Part shown: in pieces, positions 1 through 9,339 of the stretch
Position numbering within the stretch: the first letter of the stretch is position 1
How the letters are laid out: each line of letters opens with the position of its first letter
DNA from: Candidatus Campbellbacteria bacterium
GTDB taxonomy: Bacteria; Patescibacteriota; Minisyncoccia; Phycocordibacterales; EsbW-18
NCBI GenBank assembly: GCA_024653945.1
Contig: JANLIT010000004.1
Coordinates: 77,281 to 141,280 of the forward strand
Direction of reading: 5' to 3'
Length of the DNA: 64,000 nucleotides
Program-made: the position numbers and the translations under genes
The notes under the pieces: generated by a model
What the model saw: the letters and a program-made list of their open reading frames with translations, nothing else
The model's database searches: none
Told to the model about the DNA's origin: nothing

Positions 1-1843
1 CTTCGTTAGCTTCGTTAGCTTCAAAAACCCCAGTGGATTCTTCTTCGACCAACTCTTCACCTTCCTCTTCTACATCGTTCGCATCAACACCTTCTTTTTT
101 AAGAAATGTATTTTTTTCTTCCTCTGTATAAAAATAGTGAATCTCTTTTGCTTTCTTCACCTTATACAGTGGTGGTTGCGCAATGTAAATAAATCCGCCT
201 TCAATGAGCGGTTTGAAATATCGATAAAACAACGTAAGGAGCAATGTTCGAATATGCGCACCATCCACGTCGGCATCAGTTGCAATCACCACTTTGTGGT
301 AGCGAAGTTTTGAAATATCGAAGGTGTCCGAGATGGCCGTCCCGAGTGCAATGACAAGATTTTTAATTTGTTCAGAACCAAGCATACGGTCAAGTCGCGC
401 ACGTTCCACATTCAAAATTTTTCCACGTAGTGGCAAAATTGCCTGAGTACGACGATCGCGTCCTGTTTTTGCAGTACCTCCGGCTGATTCACCTTCCACA
501 ATAAAGAGTTCTGATTCACTTGCATCTTTTGTTTGGCAGTCGGCCAACTTTCCCGGAAGCGTCATTCCCTCAAGCGCACCCTTTCGCAAAATACTGTCCT
601 TTGCCGCTTTTGCTGCTTTGCGAGCGCGCAACGCGAGCACCACCTTGCCCATAACCGCCCTCGCCTCTTCTGGACGCTCCTCAAGAAACATAGTAAACGC
701 CTCTCCAAATACCGTTTCAACGGCGCCACGGGCCTCAACACTACCAAGTTTGGCCTTTGTTTGTCCTTCAAATTGAATCTCACGAAGCTTGACCGATACG
801 ACGGCAGAAAGGCCTTCAAGTACGTCATCCCCAGAAAAAGGACCGTCTGCCTCCTTAAGTATGTTTGTTTTTTTCGCGTAGGTATTAAGCGTTCTGGTCA
901 GTGCGGTTTTAAATCCGGTGATGTGCGTTCCACCCTCACCGTTGTACGTGTTGTTTGCGAATGCATAGATGTGGTCTGTCACATCGTCAACATACTGCAG
1001 TGCAACTTCTACATCAACGGTATCTTGTTCTTTTTCGATATAAAAAATTGTTTTGTGGAGTGATTTTTGAAATTCGTTTTGGTGACGAATAAATGACACA
1101 AGTCCGCCTTCAAAATAAAATGTCATTGATGGCGTTTCCAAACCAAGCTCACGCACGTACATTGTGCTATTGAAATCAATTTTTTCATCAATCTCTCGCG
1201 CGTCAATAACCGCAATACGAAGTCCACGCACCAAGTACGCTTGTTGTCGCATGTGATTTACAATCTTGTCCCAGTTGTAGATAATTTCTGGAAAAATTTC
1301 TGGGTCTGCCTCAAAGGTAGTTGTTGTCCCACGCAAATCAGAATTCTCCAATTTTTTGACACTACTCTTTGGTTTACCTCGCACATATTCCTGCATGTAG
1401 TGTCCCCCATCGCGGTACACATCAGCACGCACATATGATGAAAGTGCGTTCACTACAGATACACCGACTCCGTGAAGTCCTCCTGATACTTTGTATCCTT
1501 CTCCACCAAATTTTCCTCCTGCATGGAGAGTCGTCATGATGGTCTCAAGAGCCGACACGCCTGTTTGTTTGTGTTTATCAACCGGAACACCACGACCGTT
1601 GTCTGTTACACGAACGCGTTTTTCTGGAAGCAATACAACCTCAATATCATTTGCAAAACCACCCATCGCTTCATCGCGTGAGTTATCAAACACTTCCGTA
1701 ATGAGGTGGTGTAATCCATCAGGACCAGTCGTACCAATGTACATACCTGGACGTTTTCGCACAGGATCAAGCCCTTCCAGAACGGTGATATCTGAGGCTG
1801 TATATGAGGACTCCTTTGTTTTTGGTTCTGGCTTTTTGGGCAT
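1..1843 (-). CDS. gyrB: DNA gyrase subunit B, C-terminally truncated by window edge (N-terminus MPKKPEPKTKESSYTASDITVLEGLDPVRKRPGMYIGTTGP at 1843)
   Basis: Manual minus-strand translation gives canonical GyrB motifs (RPGMYIGTTG, HLITEVFDNS, LPGKLADC, EGESAGGTAKTGRDRRTQAILPLRGKILNVE, VVIATDADVDGAHI). Absent from the ORF track because no stop codon lies inside the window. Confidence 0.9.
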   Translation of the reverse strand, partial: MPKKPEPKTKESSYTASDITVLEGLDPVRKRPGMYIGTTGPDGLHHLITEVFDNSRDEAMGGFANDIEVVLLPEKRVRVTDNGRGVPVDKHKQTGVSALETIMTTLHAGGKFGGEGYKVSGGLHGVGVSVVNALSSYVRADVYRDGGHYMQEYVRGKPKSSVKKLENSDLRGTTTTFEADPEIFPEIIYNWDKIVNHMRQQAYLVRGLRIAVIDAREIDEKIDFNSTMYVRELGLETPSMTFYFEGGLVSFIRHQNEFQKSLHKTIFYIEKEQDTVDVEVALQYVDDVTDHIYAFANNTYNGEGGTHITGFKTALTRTLNTYAKKTNILKEADGPFSGDDVLEGLSAVVSVKLREIQFEGQTKAKLGSVEARGAVETVFGEAFTMFLEERPEEARAVMGKVVLALRARKAAKAAKDSILRKGALEGMTLPGKLADCQTKDASESELFIVEGESAGGTAKTGRDRRTQAILPLRGKILNVERARLDRMLGSEQIKNLVIALGTAISDTFDISKLRYHKVVIATDADVDGAHIRTLLLTLFYRYFKPLIEGGFIYIAQPPLYKVKKAKEIHYFYTEEEKNTFLKKEGVDANDVEEEGEELVEEESTGVFEANEANE

Positions 1844-1938
1844 GAAAAATGATGACTTTGACCTGTTCAGTATAGCAAAAAACACCTCAAAAATAAAGGG
1901 TTTTGATGTGTTTTGGTGGGTATAAAAATGGCTTAAAA

Positions 1939-4350
1939 CTAGCGTACTTTCCACCCATCACGACCGTTTAATTCATCCGTAACCGCTTGCATAATAACGT
2001 TCACCTCATCGTCTGAAAGTGTTTTTTCATGGGATTGGAATACAAGGTGGTATGCGTATGATGTACGTCCGTCTTTTTTGTACGAGTCGTCAAACAGGTC
2101 TAGCCGTACCAGATACTCTCCGGCATTTTCTCTAATTATCTTTTCAACATCCGAACCCGTAAACTCATCCGGCACCCATACTGCAATATCACGCAACACA
2201 AATGGATATATTGACGAAGCGACATACTGCATAGAAGGTATGACCATTTCTGCTAAATTATACTCTGTCGGTTCAGAAAGATTTTCAACATACTCTGTAA
2301 GATTCATCAACCCACCATCCTCTCCCGTCACAAAAGTAAAATTGGCTGGTTTACCAAAGACATCTCCAATGTGTTTAAATGTATCAGCAATATTTCCTTT
2401 TGCACCAGACATAATTTCAAGCTCAATATGTTCACCATCTTTTGTAAAAACTGTTCCGATTTCGAAAAATTTTAATTTTGAAAAGTCGTAAATACCTAAT
2501 AGCGAGAGCATGTTACTGTTATATGCGAAGGCATCTCCAAGTCCTGTTTCTAAACTATTCCTCAAAAATCCCTTATCTCCTGCAAGTGAATTTGCAAGTT
2601 TAACTTCCCCCTTCTCTTGGAACGTGTACGTCATCACTTCTGAGAATCCGACACTAACAAGAATATCGCGTACTTTGTTTGTGTAATAAAACACCTTGTC
2701 CGTTTTCGATACTGATGCTAAAGGAAGTTGCTGTGCCGGAATGTGCTCATATCCGTACACACGTCCAACTTCTTCAAAAAGATCAGACGGCAAACGTATA
2801 TCTACACGCTCAAAAGGAATTGTGACTGAAAAACGTGGAGATGTATCAGTAACAACACGTTTATACCACTTTTCTTTTGCAAATGTTTTACTCTCAGAAA
2901 GTTTCTCTCGTACCACACCACCAACCGCAGAACCCGCATGAATAACCTCACCATTGCCTGCGTAGATGCCAACATGGTCAACACCGTGCCCAACTTCTGT
3001 TCCAGGGAGATACTCCAGCGTCTTCGTACGAATTGCTTCATCTTTGACCATAACGCCGAGTATTGAAGAATAATTTTCACCATCAATTGTACGTACTTCC
3101 TCTGTATTCGTGAATATAAAATCGCCGGGCAGTAGGTCTTTTTCGTCAATTGAATCCAGATAGACAAATTGGTCAATGGTAATTCGAGGTATACCAAATG
3201 TATACCCAGCCTCAATCGCACACCACGCGGTGAGAGTTGCACAATTGAACGCCTCGGGTGTGTCAAAACGAATGCGCGCCATGCGCTTATATGGGGCGCC
3301 GGTAACACCTTGAGCTTTTTGTACAATAACATCTCGAGGGTTTTCTATTTTTGTGTATGTAAATCCGAAACGGTCAAGAATTTTTACAAGCTCATTATCT
3401 GAAAGTGTTGTCCCAAGAAGTTTGTTCACTTCGTCTGATGAAACACCAATTTTATATGGGAGCGTTGCTCGAACCCTTTCAAAACCATCATACTCAATCA
3501 CATCACCTCCTGCAATATCTTTGATGAGCGTGACAAGTGCCTGAAGTGCATACAGCGGTAGCTCATCAGGAATTTCATTTTCAAAACGGTATGATGCATC
3601 AGTACGCAACTTTAATTTCTGAGATGCTTTTCGTGTAAGTGTGGGATGAAACTTTGCAGATTCCAAAATAATATCTTTTGTTGCAGTATCAACTTCTGCT
3701 TGGCTACCACCTTTAATGCCAGCAATTGCGATTGGTGTATCTCCTGAAGCATCAGTAATGAGTTGGATTGTTTCATCAAGTTCGTACCGCGTGCCACCAA
3801 GAACCTCAATACTTTCGCCAGCGCGTGCCATACGCACATGAATTGCTTTGCTACCCTCCACATCTCCCAGTTTTTGTGCGTCAAATGAATGAAGTGGCTG
3901 ACCTAACTCCAACATGACGAAGTTTGTAGCATCAACAACATTATTGATTGAACGCTGGCCGAGTGTTTCAAGTCGTTCCGTGAGCCATTTTGGCGATGGA
4001 CCAACGGTAATGCCTTTTACATATGCCGCCTGATACACAGGACATGCGTTTTCTTTTTCAACTGTAACAGTTAGTGCATTACTTTTTTCAAATGACGGAA
4101 CACTACCCGAAAGTGGGTCATGCGACAATGGAATGTTACATAAGACGGAAAATTCTTTTGCGATGCCTCGGTGACACAAACAATCATGTGCACGATTAGG
4201 CAACACTTTTACATCAAAAACCGTGTCTTCTCCAACAGCTTCTATTCCCTCAATTTCAAATGCACCAAAGGTGAGTATACATTCAAGTTCGCTCACTTTA
4301 GGAAGTGGGGAGTCAAAAAATGTTTGGAGCCATGCACGAGATACTTTCAT
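1939..4350 (-). CDS. pheT: Phenylalanine--tRNA ligase beta subunit with an inserted NlpC/P60-like domain in the B5 region; no N-terminal EMAP/tRNA-binding domain
   Basis: 803-aa ORF. B1 start MKVSRAWL, B3/B4 and B5 helix-turn-helix (LPYKIGVSSDEVNKLLGTTLSDNELVKILDRFGF), then the conserved SVTIPFERVDIRLPSDLFEEVGRVYGYEHIP, the catalytic-like domain and a C-terminal FDX-ACB-like end. Lies directly downstream of pheS. Confidence 0.9.
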   Translation of the reverse strand: MKVSRAWLQTFFDSPLPKVSELECILTFGAFEIEGIEAVGEDTVFDVKVLPNRAHDCLCHRGIAKEFSVLCNIPLSHDPLSGSVPSFEKSNALTVTVEKENACPVYQAAYVKGITVGPSPKWLTERLETLGQRSINNVVDATNFVMLELGQPLHSFDAQKLGDVEGSKAIHVRMARAGESIEVLGGTRYELDETIQLITDASGDTPIAIAGIKGGSQAEVDTATKDIILESAKFHPTLTRKASQKLKLRTDASYRFENEIPDELPLYALQALVTLIKDIAGGDVIEYDGFERVRATLPYKIGVSSDEVNKLLGTTLSDNELVKILDRFGFTYTKIENPRDVIVQKAQGVTGAPYKRMARIRFDTPEAFNCATLTAWCAIEAGYTFGIPRITIDQFVYLDSIDEKDLLPGDFIFTNTEEVRTIDGENYSSILGVMVKDEAIRTKTLEYLPGTEVGHGVDHVGIYAGNGEVIHAGSAVGGVVREKLSESKTFAKEKWYKRVVTDTSPRFSVTIPFERVDIRLPSDLFEEVGRVYGYEHIPAQQLPLASVSKTDKVFYYTNKVRDILVSVGFSEVMTYTFQEKGEVKLANSLAGDKGFLRNSLETGLGDAFAYNSNMLSLLGIYDFSKLKFFEIGTVFTKDGEHIELEIMSGAKGNIADTFKHIGDVFGKPANFTFVTGEDGGLMNLTEYVENLSEPTEYNLAEMVIPSMQYVASSIYPFVLRDIAVWVPDEFTGSDVEKIIRENAGEYLVRLDLFDDSYKKDGRTSYAYHLVFQSHEKTLSDDEVNVIMQAVTDELNGRDGWKVR

Positions 4351-4356
4351 ATATAG

Positions 4357-5076
4357 TTATTTGGTTGGAAATTGCATGGTTAGACGTAAATCACCTGTGT
4401 GGAATAATCGCACGTCATCAATTCCCCACTTGAGCATACAGAGTCGCTCAACACCGCCACCAAAAGCAAATCCTTGGTAGCGTTTTGGATCAATACCTGC
4501 ATTGTTGAGCACATTTGGATGCACCATACCTGCCCCCATCACCTCAATCCAACGATCGCGAAGTTTTGGAGTTACATGCTCGCCAGTCAAGCGCATATCA
4601 ACTTCAACTGACGGTTCGGTAAATCCAAAAAAGCTGGGGCGCAGTCGCACTTCAACCGTACCTCCAAAAAACTCCCTGAAAAATGTTTCAAGTACGCCTT
4701 TGAGGTGTGCCAGTGTTGTATCTTCTGAAACAACCAATCCCTCAAGTTGGTAGAACTGTGCCTCATGTGTCATGTCAGTTGCTTCGTTTCTGTACACCTT
4801 TCCTGGCACAATAATGCGAATTGGTGGCTCGTGTGTTTCCATGTAGCGAATCTGTACCGGCGACGTGTGGGTACGCAGTACGCGACCATCAGGGAGCCAG
4901 AAGGTGTCCTGCATGTCACGTGCAGGGTGATCTTTGGGAACATTGAGCGCGGTGAAGTTATGCCACTCATCTTCAATTTCTGGTCCTGTTGCAACCGAAA
5001 AACCCATACTACGGAAAATACGTTCAAAATCACGAATGGCGACAGTGAGTGGGTGGTAAAATCCTTTTTGTTCCAT
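4357..5076 (-). CDS. pheS: Phenylalanine--tRNA ligase alpha subunit (short form, lacks N-terminal coiled-coil)
   Basis: 239 aa with class II aaRS motifs (FRSMGFSVATGPEIEDEWHNFTALNVPKDHPARDMQDTFW; GFAFGGGVERLCMLKWGIDDVR). Sits 6 nt upstream of pheT. Confidence 0.9.
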   Translation of the reverse strand: MEQKGFYHPLTVAIRDFERIFRSMGFSVATGPEIEDEWHNFTALNVPKDHPARDMQDTFWLPDGRVLRTHTSPVQIRYMETHEPPIRIIVPGKVYRNEATDMTHEAQFYQLEGLVVSEDTTLAHLKGVLETFFREFFGGTVEVRLRPSFFGFTEPSVEVDMRLTGEHVTPKLRDRWIEVMGAGMVHPNVLNNAGIDPKRYQGFAFGGGVERLCMLKWGIDDVRLFHTGDLRLTMQFPTK

Positions 5077-5103
5077 GATGTACCGATTATACCTTTGATT
5101 CGA

Positions 5104-5138
5104 CCTAAAATAAAACAGTCGCTTGAGGCGACTGTTTT
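5104..5138 (-). terminator. Rho-independent terminator hairpin (aaaacagtcgc/gcgactgtttt) abutting the stop of the upstream methyltransferase gene
   Basis: 11-bp perfect stem with 5-nt loop, followed on the minus strand by a U-rich tract. Confidence 0.5.
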
Positions 5139-5886
5139 ATTTTGTACCAACAACTACTCGCACCGCTAGCTTTCTTTCAATTTCACCCTTTTCACTCTTC
5201 ATCTTCTTAAAATATTTTTTGAGTCCATCTAATGCTTTTGATTTGAGTAGTGCGGGAACTGAATTCCAGATTGATACCGACTGAACATACTCCAGTGCGT
5301 TCGGAATAGAGAATAGTTCACTTTTTCTCCAGGCTCTTATTTTTATCTTTTTAAATCTGTTCTGGAGTAGACTAGTTTGTGGTTTATATAAGATATTCTT
5401 CCGAAAGTGGGCAACCTCTCGATGTATTGTTCTTATAATCATTCTCCTGTAACCCTCTCCCCAACTTTTCAGACCCATCTTGTTTACGATAAAAATAATC
5501 CCACCAGGCCTTAGAACTCGGCGAATTTCACTAATACTTTTCCTATCATTAAACCAATGGAACGCACCAAACGCAGTGACGACATCAAAGGTTCTGTCTT
5601 TAAACGGCAGGTTATTGGCATAACCAGTGACATATTTTTCATTGTTGATTTTTGGATATTTTTTTGCCGCTCGGAGCATGACTACATCGGGGTCACACCC
5701 TATAACATGTCCATACTTAGTAAGTTGTCTTGTAGAAATCCCTGTACCACATCCCAAATCTAGAATCAAAGAATCTTTGGTTGTTAGATTTTTTTTCAGA
5801 AAATTAAAAACCTCGGCTGGATATGGGCGCCGAGCTTTTTTATATTCTTTTACCAGTGCGCCGAACTTTCCAAGTTTACTTCTCAT
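5137..5886 (-). CDS. Class I SAM-dependent methyltransferase
   Basis: SAM-binding motif LILDLGCGTGISTRQL and motif II/III (GGIIFIV). Confidence 0.7.
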   Translation of the reverse strand: MRSKLGKFGALVKEYKKARRPYPAEVFNFLKKNLTTKDSLILDLGCGTGISTRQLTKYGHVIGCDPDVVMLRAAKKYPKINNEKYVTGYANNLPFKDRTFDVVTAFGAFHWFNDRKSISEIRRVLRPGGIIFIVNKMGLKSWGEGYRRMIIRTIHREVAHFRKNILYKPQTSLLQNRFKKIKIRAWRKSELFSIPNALEYVQSVSIWNSVPALLKSKALDGLKKYFKKMKSEKGEIERKLAVRVVVGTK

Positions 5887-5908
5887 AGGACAAGTGTTCT
5901 CTTTGTTT

Positions 5909-5984
5909 TGGAGCCGCCTCCCAGATTCGAACTGGGGACCTACGCATTACAAGTGCGTTGCTCTACCAACTGAGCTAAGGCGGC
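5909..5984 (-). tRNA. tRNA-Thr (anticodon TGT), 76 nt with encoded CCA
   Basis: Manual fold of GCCGCCT-TA-GCTC-AGTTGGTA-GAGC-A-ACGCA-CTTGTAA-TGCGT-AGGTC-CCCAG-TTCGAAT-CTGGG-AGGCGGC-T-CCA. It has a 7-bp acceptor stem, a 4-bp D stem, a 5-bp anticodon stem with a 7-nt loop (T33, anticodon TGT) and a TTCGAAT T-loop. Confidence 0.85.
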
Positions 5985-6085
5985 GTGACTATATTCTACC
6001 TACTTATCATTACGTGCCAAACTAAAAGTGTTGCTCTCCCACCTCCCTTCGGTCGGATTCAAAACAAAGCAGTTTGTTTTTTATC

Positions 6086-6120
6086 CAACTGAGCTAAGGC
6101 GGCGTGGCTATATTTTACCT
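6086..6120 (-). repeat. Duplicated 5' fragment of tRNA-Thr (first 19 nt plus about 16 nt of upstream flank); direct repeat of 5967..6001
   Basis: ccaactgagctaaggcggcgtgRctatattYtacc is present twice, 119 bp apart, with 3 mismatches in 35 bp. The upstream copy diverges after the D-loop and cannot fold into a complete tRNA. Confidence 0.8.
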
Positions 6121-6132
6121 CGTCACAAACCA

Positions 6133-6537
6133 CTACTCTACAGGGTTTTCCTGAGAAATTCCACCCTGTATCTTTTTCTTGTGATCATAGAGATGTTTAA
6201 AATACTCTGATGAAACCTTTCCTTGCGCAACAAGCTTCTCTCCTCGTGCAGCTCGAATCATGTGTGCCGCAACAAGAACAACAATGGTACGGCCCCATGT
6301 TAGGAGTGTGTGAAAAACATATAACACAATGTCTCGTACCGCCTGAACAACGAGCACAACAAAATGTACGACACGACCTCGAATATGGAGAAAATGGTCT
6401 CGTACGACAGGAGAATGTCTCTGTAAAAAGAGTGTGAGTGTTGTTGTTGAACTCCGTTTTATTTCCCACTCTTTAAATGCAAAGAAAAGTGAGAGAAGAA
6501 AGAGCGATCCACCAAATGTACTAATGAGTGCTGTCAT
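6133..6537 (-). CDS. Hypothetical small membrane protein
   Basis: 134 aa with two N-terminal hydrophobic segments. No recognisable motif. The strand choice is supported by the neighbouring gene orientation. Confidence 0.35.
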   Translation of the reverse strand: MTALISTFGGSLFLLSLFFAFKEWEIKRSSTTTLTLFLQRHSPVVRDHFLHIRGRVVHFVVLVVQAVRDIVLYVFHTLLTWGRTIVVLVAAHMIRAARGEKLVAQGKVSSEYFKHLYDHKKKIQGGISQENPVE

Positions 6538-6563
6538 AATGAGGATTTTCTCAACACCAGACG

Positions 6564-7052
6564 CTATACAGAAAACTTACAGAAACGTCCGAGTTGTGTT
6601 CGTTCGCCAAATTTTTGCACCGCGCCATCAATAAGTCCCCCAAGCGTTATGTCAGGATTCTTAAAAAATGGTTGTTTCAAAATCTCTTCCACACCTGCTT
6701 CTAGTATAGCATCGTCCGTTGCGGCAATTTGCATAGCAAAATCTTTCGCAAGTTCTTGAAATTCGGGATTTCGAGCAACAAAATCTGTTTCACACTGCAA
6801 TTCCGCAAGCGCACCGATAGCTCCGTGGTTGTGAATGTATGCTTGAACAGAACCAGAACCAAGTGCCCGGTCTGATTTTTTGGAAGCAATCGTTGCTCCT
6901 TTTTCACGCAAAATATCCAGCGCCTTCTCAATATCACCCCCCGAACTTTCAAGGGCATCTTTACACTGGTTGAGCGGTAGACCTGTTCGGTCACGCAACT
7001 GCTTCACATCGAGAGCGGTAACAGCCATATGTTTTAAAAAATTAATGAACAA
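6564..7052 (-). CDS. tsf: Elongation factor Ts (short form)
   Basis: MAVTALDVKQLRDRTGLPLNQCKDALESSGGDIEKALDILREKG is a canonical EF-Ts N-terminus. It lies immediately downstream of rpsB. The true start is probably the ATG at 7028 (MAVTA). Confidence 0.85.
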   Translation of the reverse strand: MFINFLKHMAVTALDVKQLRDRTGLPLNQCKDALESSGGDIEKALDILREKGATIASKKSDRALGSGSVQAYIHNHGAIGALAELQCETDFVARNPEFQELAKDFAMQIAATDDAILEAGVEEILKQPFFKNPDITLGGLIDGAVQKFGERTQLGRFCKFSV

Positions 7053-7895
7053 TTATTTCTTTGCGACGTGTGTGGGTGCTACGCGAGCGCCCCGTCGAGC
7101 AGGTCGTTCGTCTGGAGCAACGGGCTTTCGTTCGGGCATCGCCGCTTTTGCTGGCACACGTTTGGAACCCGTGCTGTATGCTTTTGCAATTCGGTCAATA
7201 ACGTACGTAATAGTTCCAATACTTGCATCGTTACACGGAACAACATATGTAATGTCTCGCACGTCACAGTCAGAATTTGAAAGTGCAATAATTGGAATCT
7301 TGAGCATGAGTGCTTCTGCTCGAGCAATCTTCTCAAATTGAGGGTCAACAATCACCATAGCTCCCGGAAGGTGTGAGAGTGTTCGGATACCACCAAACAT
7401 CTCATCCAGACGCTTTATCTGTCGGTCAATCATCAATCGTTCTTTCTTTGTATACTTCGTAAGTGTCCCTTTTTCTCGCTCATCAGAAAGTGTTAAAAGC
7501 TTTTCAACCCGTTTGTGAATGATATCAAAATTAGAAAGTGTTCCTCCAACCCATCGTCCTGCTACAAACGGAGCGCCTGCAAGGATGGCTGCTGAAGAAA
7601 TAGCTGTTTGTGCTTCTCGCTTACCTCCCACAAAGAGAACTTTCTTTCCTGTTGCTGCTAGATTTTCAACAAATGCACATGCCTCATTGAGGGCCTCTGC
7701 TGTCTTTTCCAAGTCAAAAATCTCAACATTGTTTTTTACGCCAAAAATGTACTTCTTTGTTGTTGGATGTCGGCGTGCCTTTGGGTACCCATAATGAGCC
7801 CCTACTGTAAAGAGTTCTCCGACGGCTACTTTTATATCAGTTTCTGTAGTGGTCATAGTGTTTGATGAAAAGAGCCCCGTAGGGCAACGTGTCAA
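7053..7895 (-). CDS. rpsB: 30S ribosomal protein S2
   Basis: VGAHYGYPKARRHPTTKKYIFGVKNNVEIFDLEKT...KVLFVGGKREAQ are S2 signatures. The start is probably MTTTETD at 7856. Confidence 0.9.
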   Translation of the reverse strand: MTRCPTGLFSSNTMTTTETDIKVAVGELFTVGAHYGYPKARRHPTTKKYIFGVKNNVEIFDLEKTAEALNEACAFVENLAATGKKVLFVGGKREAQTAISSAAILAGAPFVAGRWVGGTLSNFDIIHKRVEKLLTLSDEREKGTLTKYTKKERLMIDRQIKRLDEMFGGIRTLSHLPGAMVIVDPQFEKIARAEALMLKIPIIALSNSDCDVRDITYVVPCNDASIGTITYVIDRIAKAYSTGSKRVPAKAAMPERKPVAPDERPARRGARVAPTHVAKK

Positions 7896-7919
7896 AGATA
7901 CCAGAGACAGACGCGAGAA

Positions 7920-8903
7920 TCAAGCCTCTTTTTGAGGAGTATCCGAAGCCACCGCCAACGCTTTAATAATACGAGAAATGTCACCTCCGAGGATTCCGGG
8001 GATATTTGACCAACTTTCCTTGATGCGGTGGTCAGTCACACGGTCTTGGGGAAAGTTGTATGTACGAATTTTCTCAGAACGATCGCCTGTTCCAATCTGC
8101 GCCTTTGTTTCTGTAGACAAATCCTTCATTGCTTTATCCGATTCAAGTACTTCAAGTTTTGCCAAAAGCATTTCCATTGCCTTGTCACGGTTTCTTTGCT
8201 GGCTTCGCTCTGCCTGCGAACGAACCGCAAGGCCCGTTGGTTTGTGCACAATACGAACCGCCGTTTCAACCTTGTTCACGTTTTGTCCTCCCGCACCTCC
8301 CGCACGTGAAAATTCCATTTCAATATCTGCAGGATTTATTTCAAGTGTATGTTTTTTTCGGAGAGGAAGAATGGCGACTGATGCGGTTGATGTATGAATG
8401 CGCCCCGATTTTTCGGTTGCAGGAATACGTTGAATGCGGTGCACACCCGTTTCAAAACGGAGTTCTTTAAACACGCCCTTTCCAGAAATCTCAAATGATG
8501 CATCTTTATACCCGCCCATCGTTGCACGTGATTCATCCAACGTGGTAACTTGCCAACCCTTTATTTCAGCATAGTGTTGATACATCAACGCCAAAAGCTC
8601 GGCAAATAACGCCGCTTCTTCCCCACCTGCTCCAGCACGCACTTCCAAAATAATGTCATTGGGAGATTCTTCAACACCTTTTTCCTCTTTTTCCATTCCT
8701 TCAATCTGCTCAATAATACCTTTCTCTGATGCATCAATTTGCGTCAAATCATCCTTTGCTAAATCCGCCAAGGATGGGTCTGCTTCAATGGTCATGAGCA
8801 CATCTTTTCGTTCTTTCGCAAGACGTTCAAGCTCGTGTGCCAAAAAAGCAGTTTTATGATTTTGTTTTAGTTTTTCGAGATCCATACGTATAACCAAATT
8901 CAA
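7920..8903 (-). CDS. prfA: Peptide chain release factor 1
   Basis: GGQ motif ([12 protein letters not shown]) and an RF1-type PAT tripeptide ([16 protein letters not shown]). [15 protein letters not shown] is also present. Confidence 0.85.
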   Translation of the reverse strand: MNLVIRMDLEKLKQNHKTAFLAHELERLAKERKDVLMTIEADPSLADLAKDDLTQIDASEKGIIEQIEGMEKEEKGVEESPNDIILEVRAGAGGEEAALFAELLALMYQHYAEIKGWQVTTLDESRATMGGYKDASFEISGKGVFKELRFETGVHRIQRIPATEKSGRIHTSTASVAILPLRKKHTLEINPADIEMEFSRAGGAGGQNVNKVETAVRIVHKPTGLAVRSQAERSQQRNRDKAMEMLLAKLEVLESDKAMKDLSTETKAQIGTGDRSEKIRTYNFPQDRVTDHRIKESWSNIPGILGGDISRIIKALAVASDTPQKEA

Positions 8904-9054
8904 AGTTCAAATATCAAAGTTCAAAAAATTTTAGTTTTATATTTTTACTTTTTTGGATTTTGTGCTTTGAGTTTTGTGCTTAATAGATATCATTCAGTAT
9001 AACAAAACAGCCATATCCAGAAAGGACACAACTGTCGTGTAATTATCTGTGGAG

Positions 9055-9339
9055 TTACTTCTCTGATTCAACCTCAAGAGAAGCCTTTTTGGTTTTCTTT
9101 GCGGTTGCGTGCTTCTTTGCTTCCTCACGCTTAGCTGCAGTTGTTGATTGACGAGTTTTGAATTTCTCCATACGTCCAGCGAGAATCTTCTTGCTCTCGT
9201 CACCTACGTAAAAGGGGTGGCACGCAGAACACACTTCGACGTCTATCTTTTCTTTCGTCGAACCTACGGTGAATGTGTTCCCACAGGCGCATTTAACGGC
9301 CGCCTTTAAGAAATATGCTGGGTGTATATCGGATTTCAT
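9055..9339 (-). CDS. rpmE: 50S ribosomal protein L31 with Lys/Ala-rich C-terminal extension
   Basis: MKSDIHPAY...CACGNTF...[10 protein letters not shown] is the L31 signature, including the Cys pairs. Confidence 0.85.
   Translation of the reverse strand: MKSDIHPAYFLKAAVKCACGNTFTVGSTKEKIDVEVCSACHPFYVGDESKKILAGRMEKFKTRQSTTAAKREEAKKHATAKKTKKASLEVESEK

Noticed and set aside
533-1925. Plus-strand ORFs 533..1063, 1241..1438 and 1491..1925 from the ORF track
   Set aside because: They are antisense to a clearly intact gyrB, which carries canonical motifs on the minus strand. The gyrB ORF is missing from the track only because it runs off the window edge.
6028-6125. Second intact tRNA gene upstream of tRNA-Thr
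   Set aside because: Only the acceptor 5' strand and start of the D-arm are present. No complementary D-stem 3' strand, anticodon arm or acceptor 3' strand can be formed.
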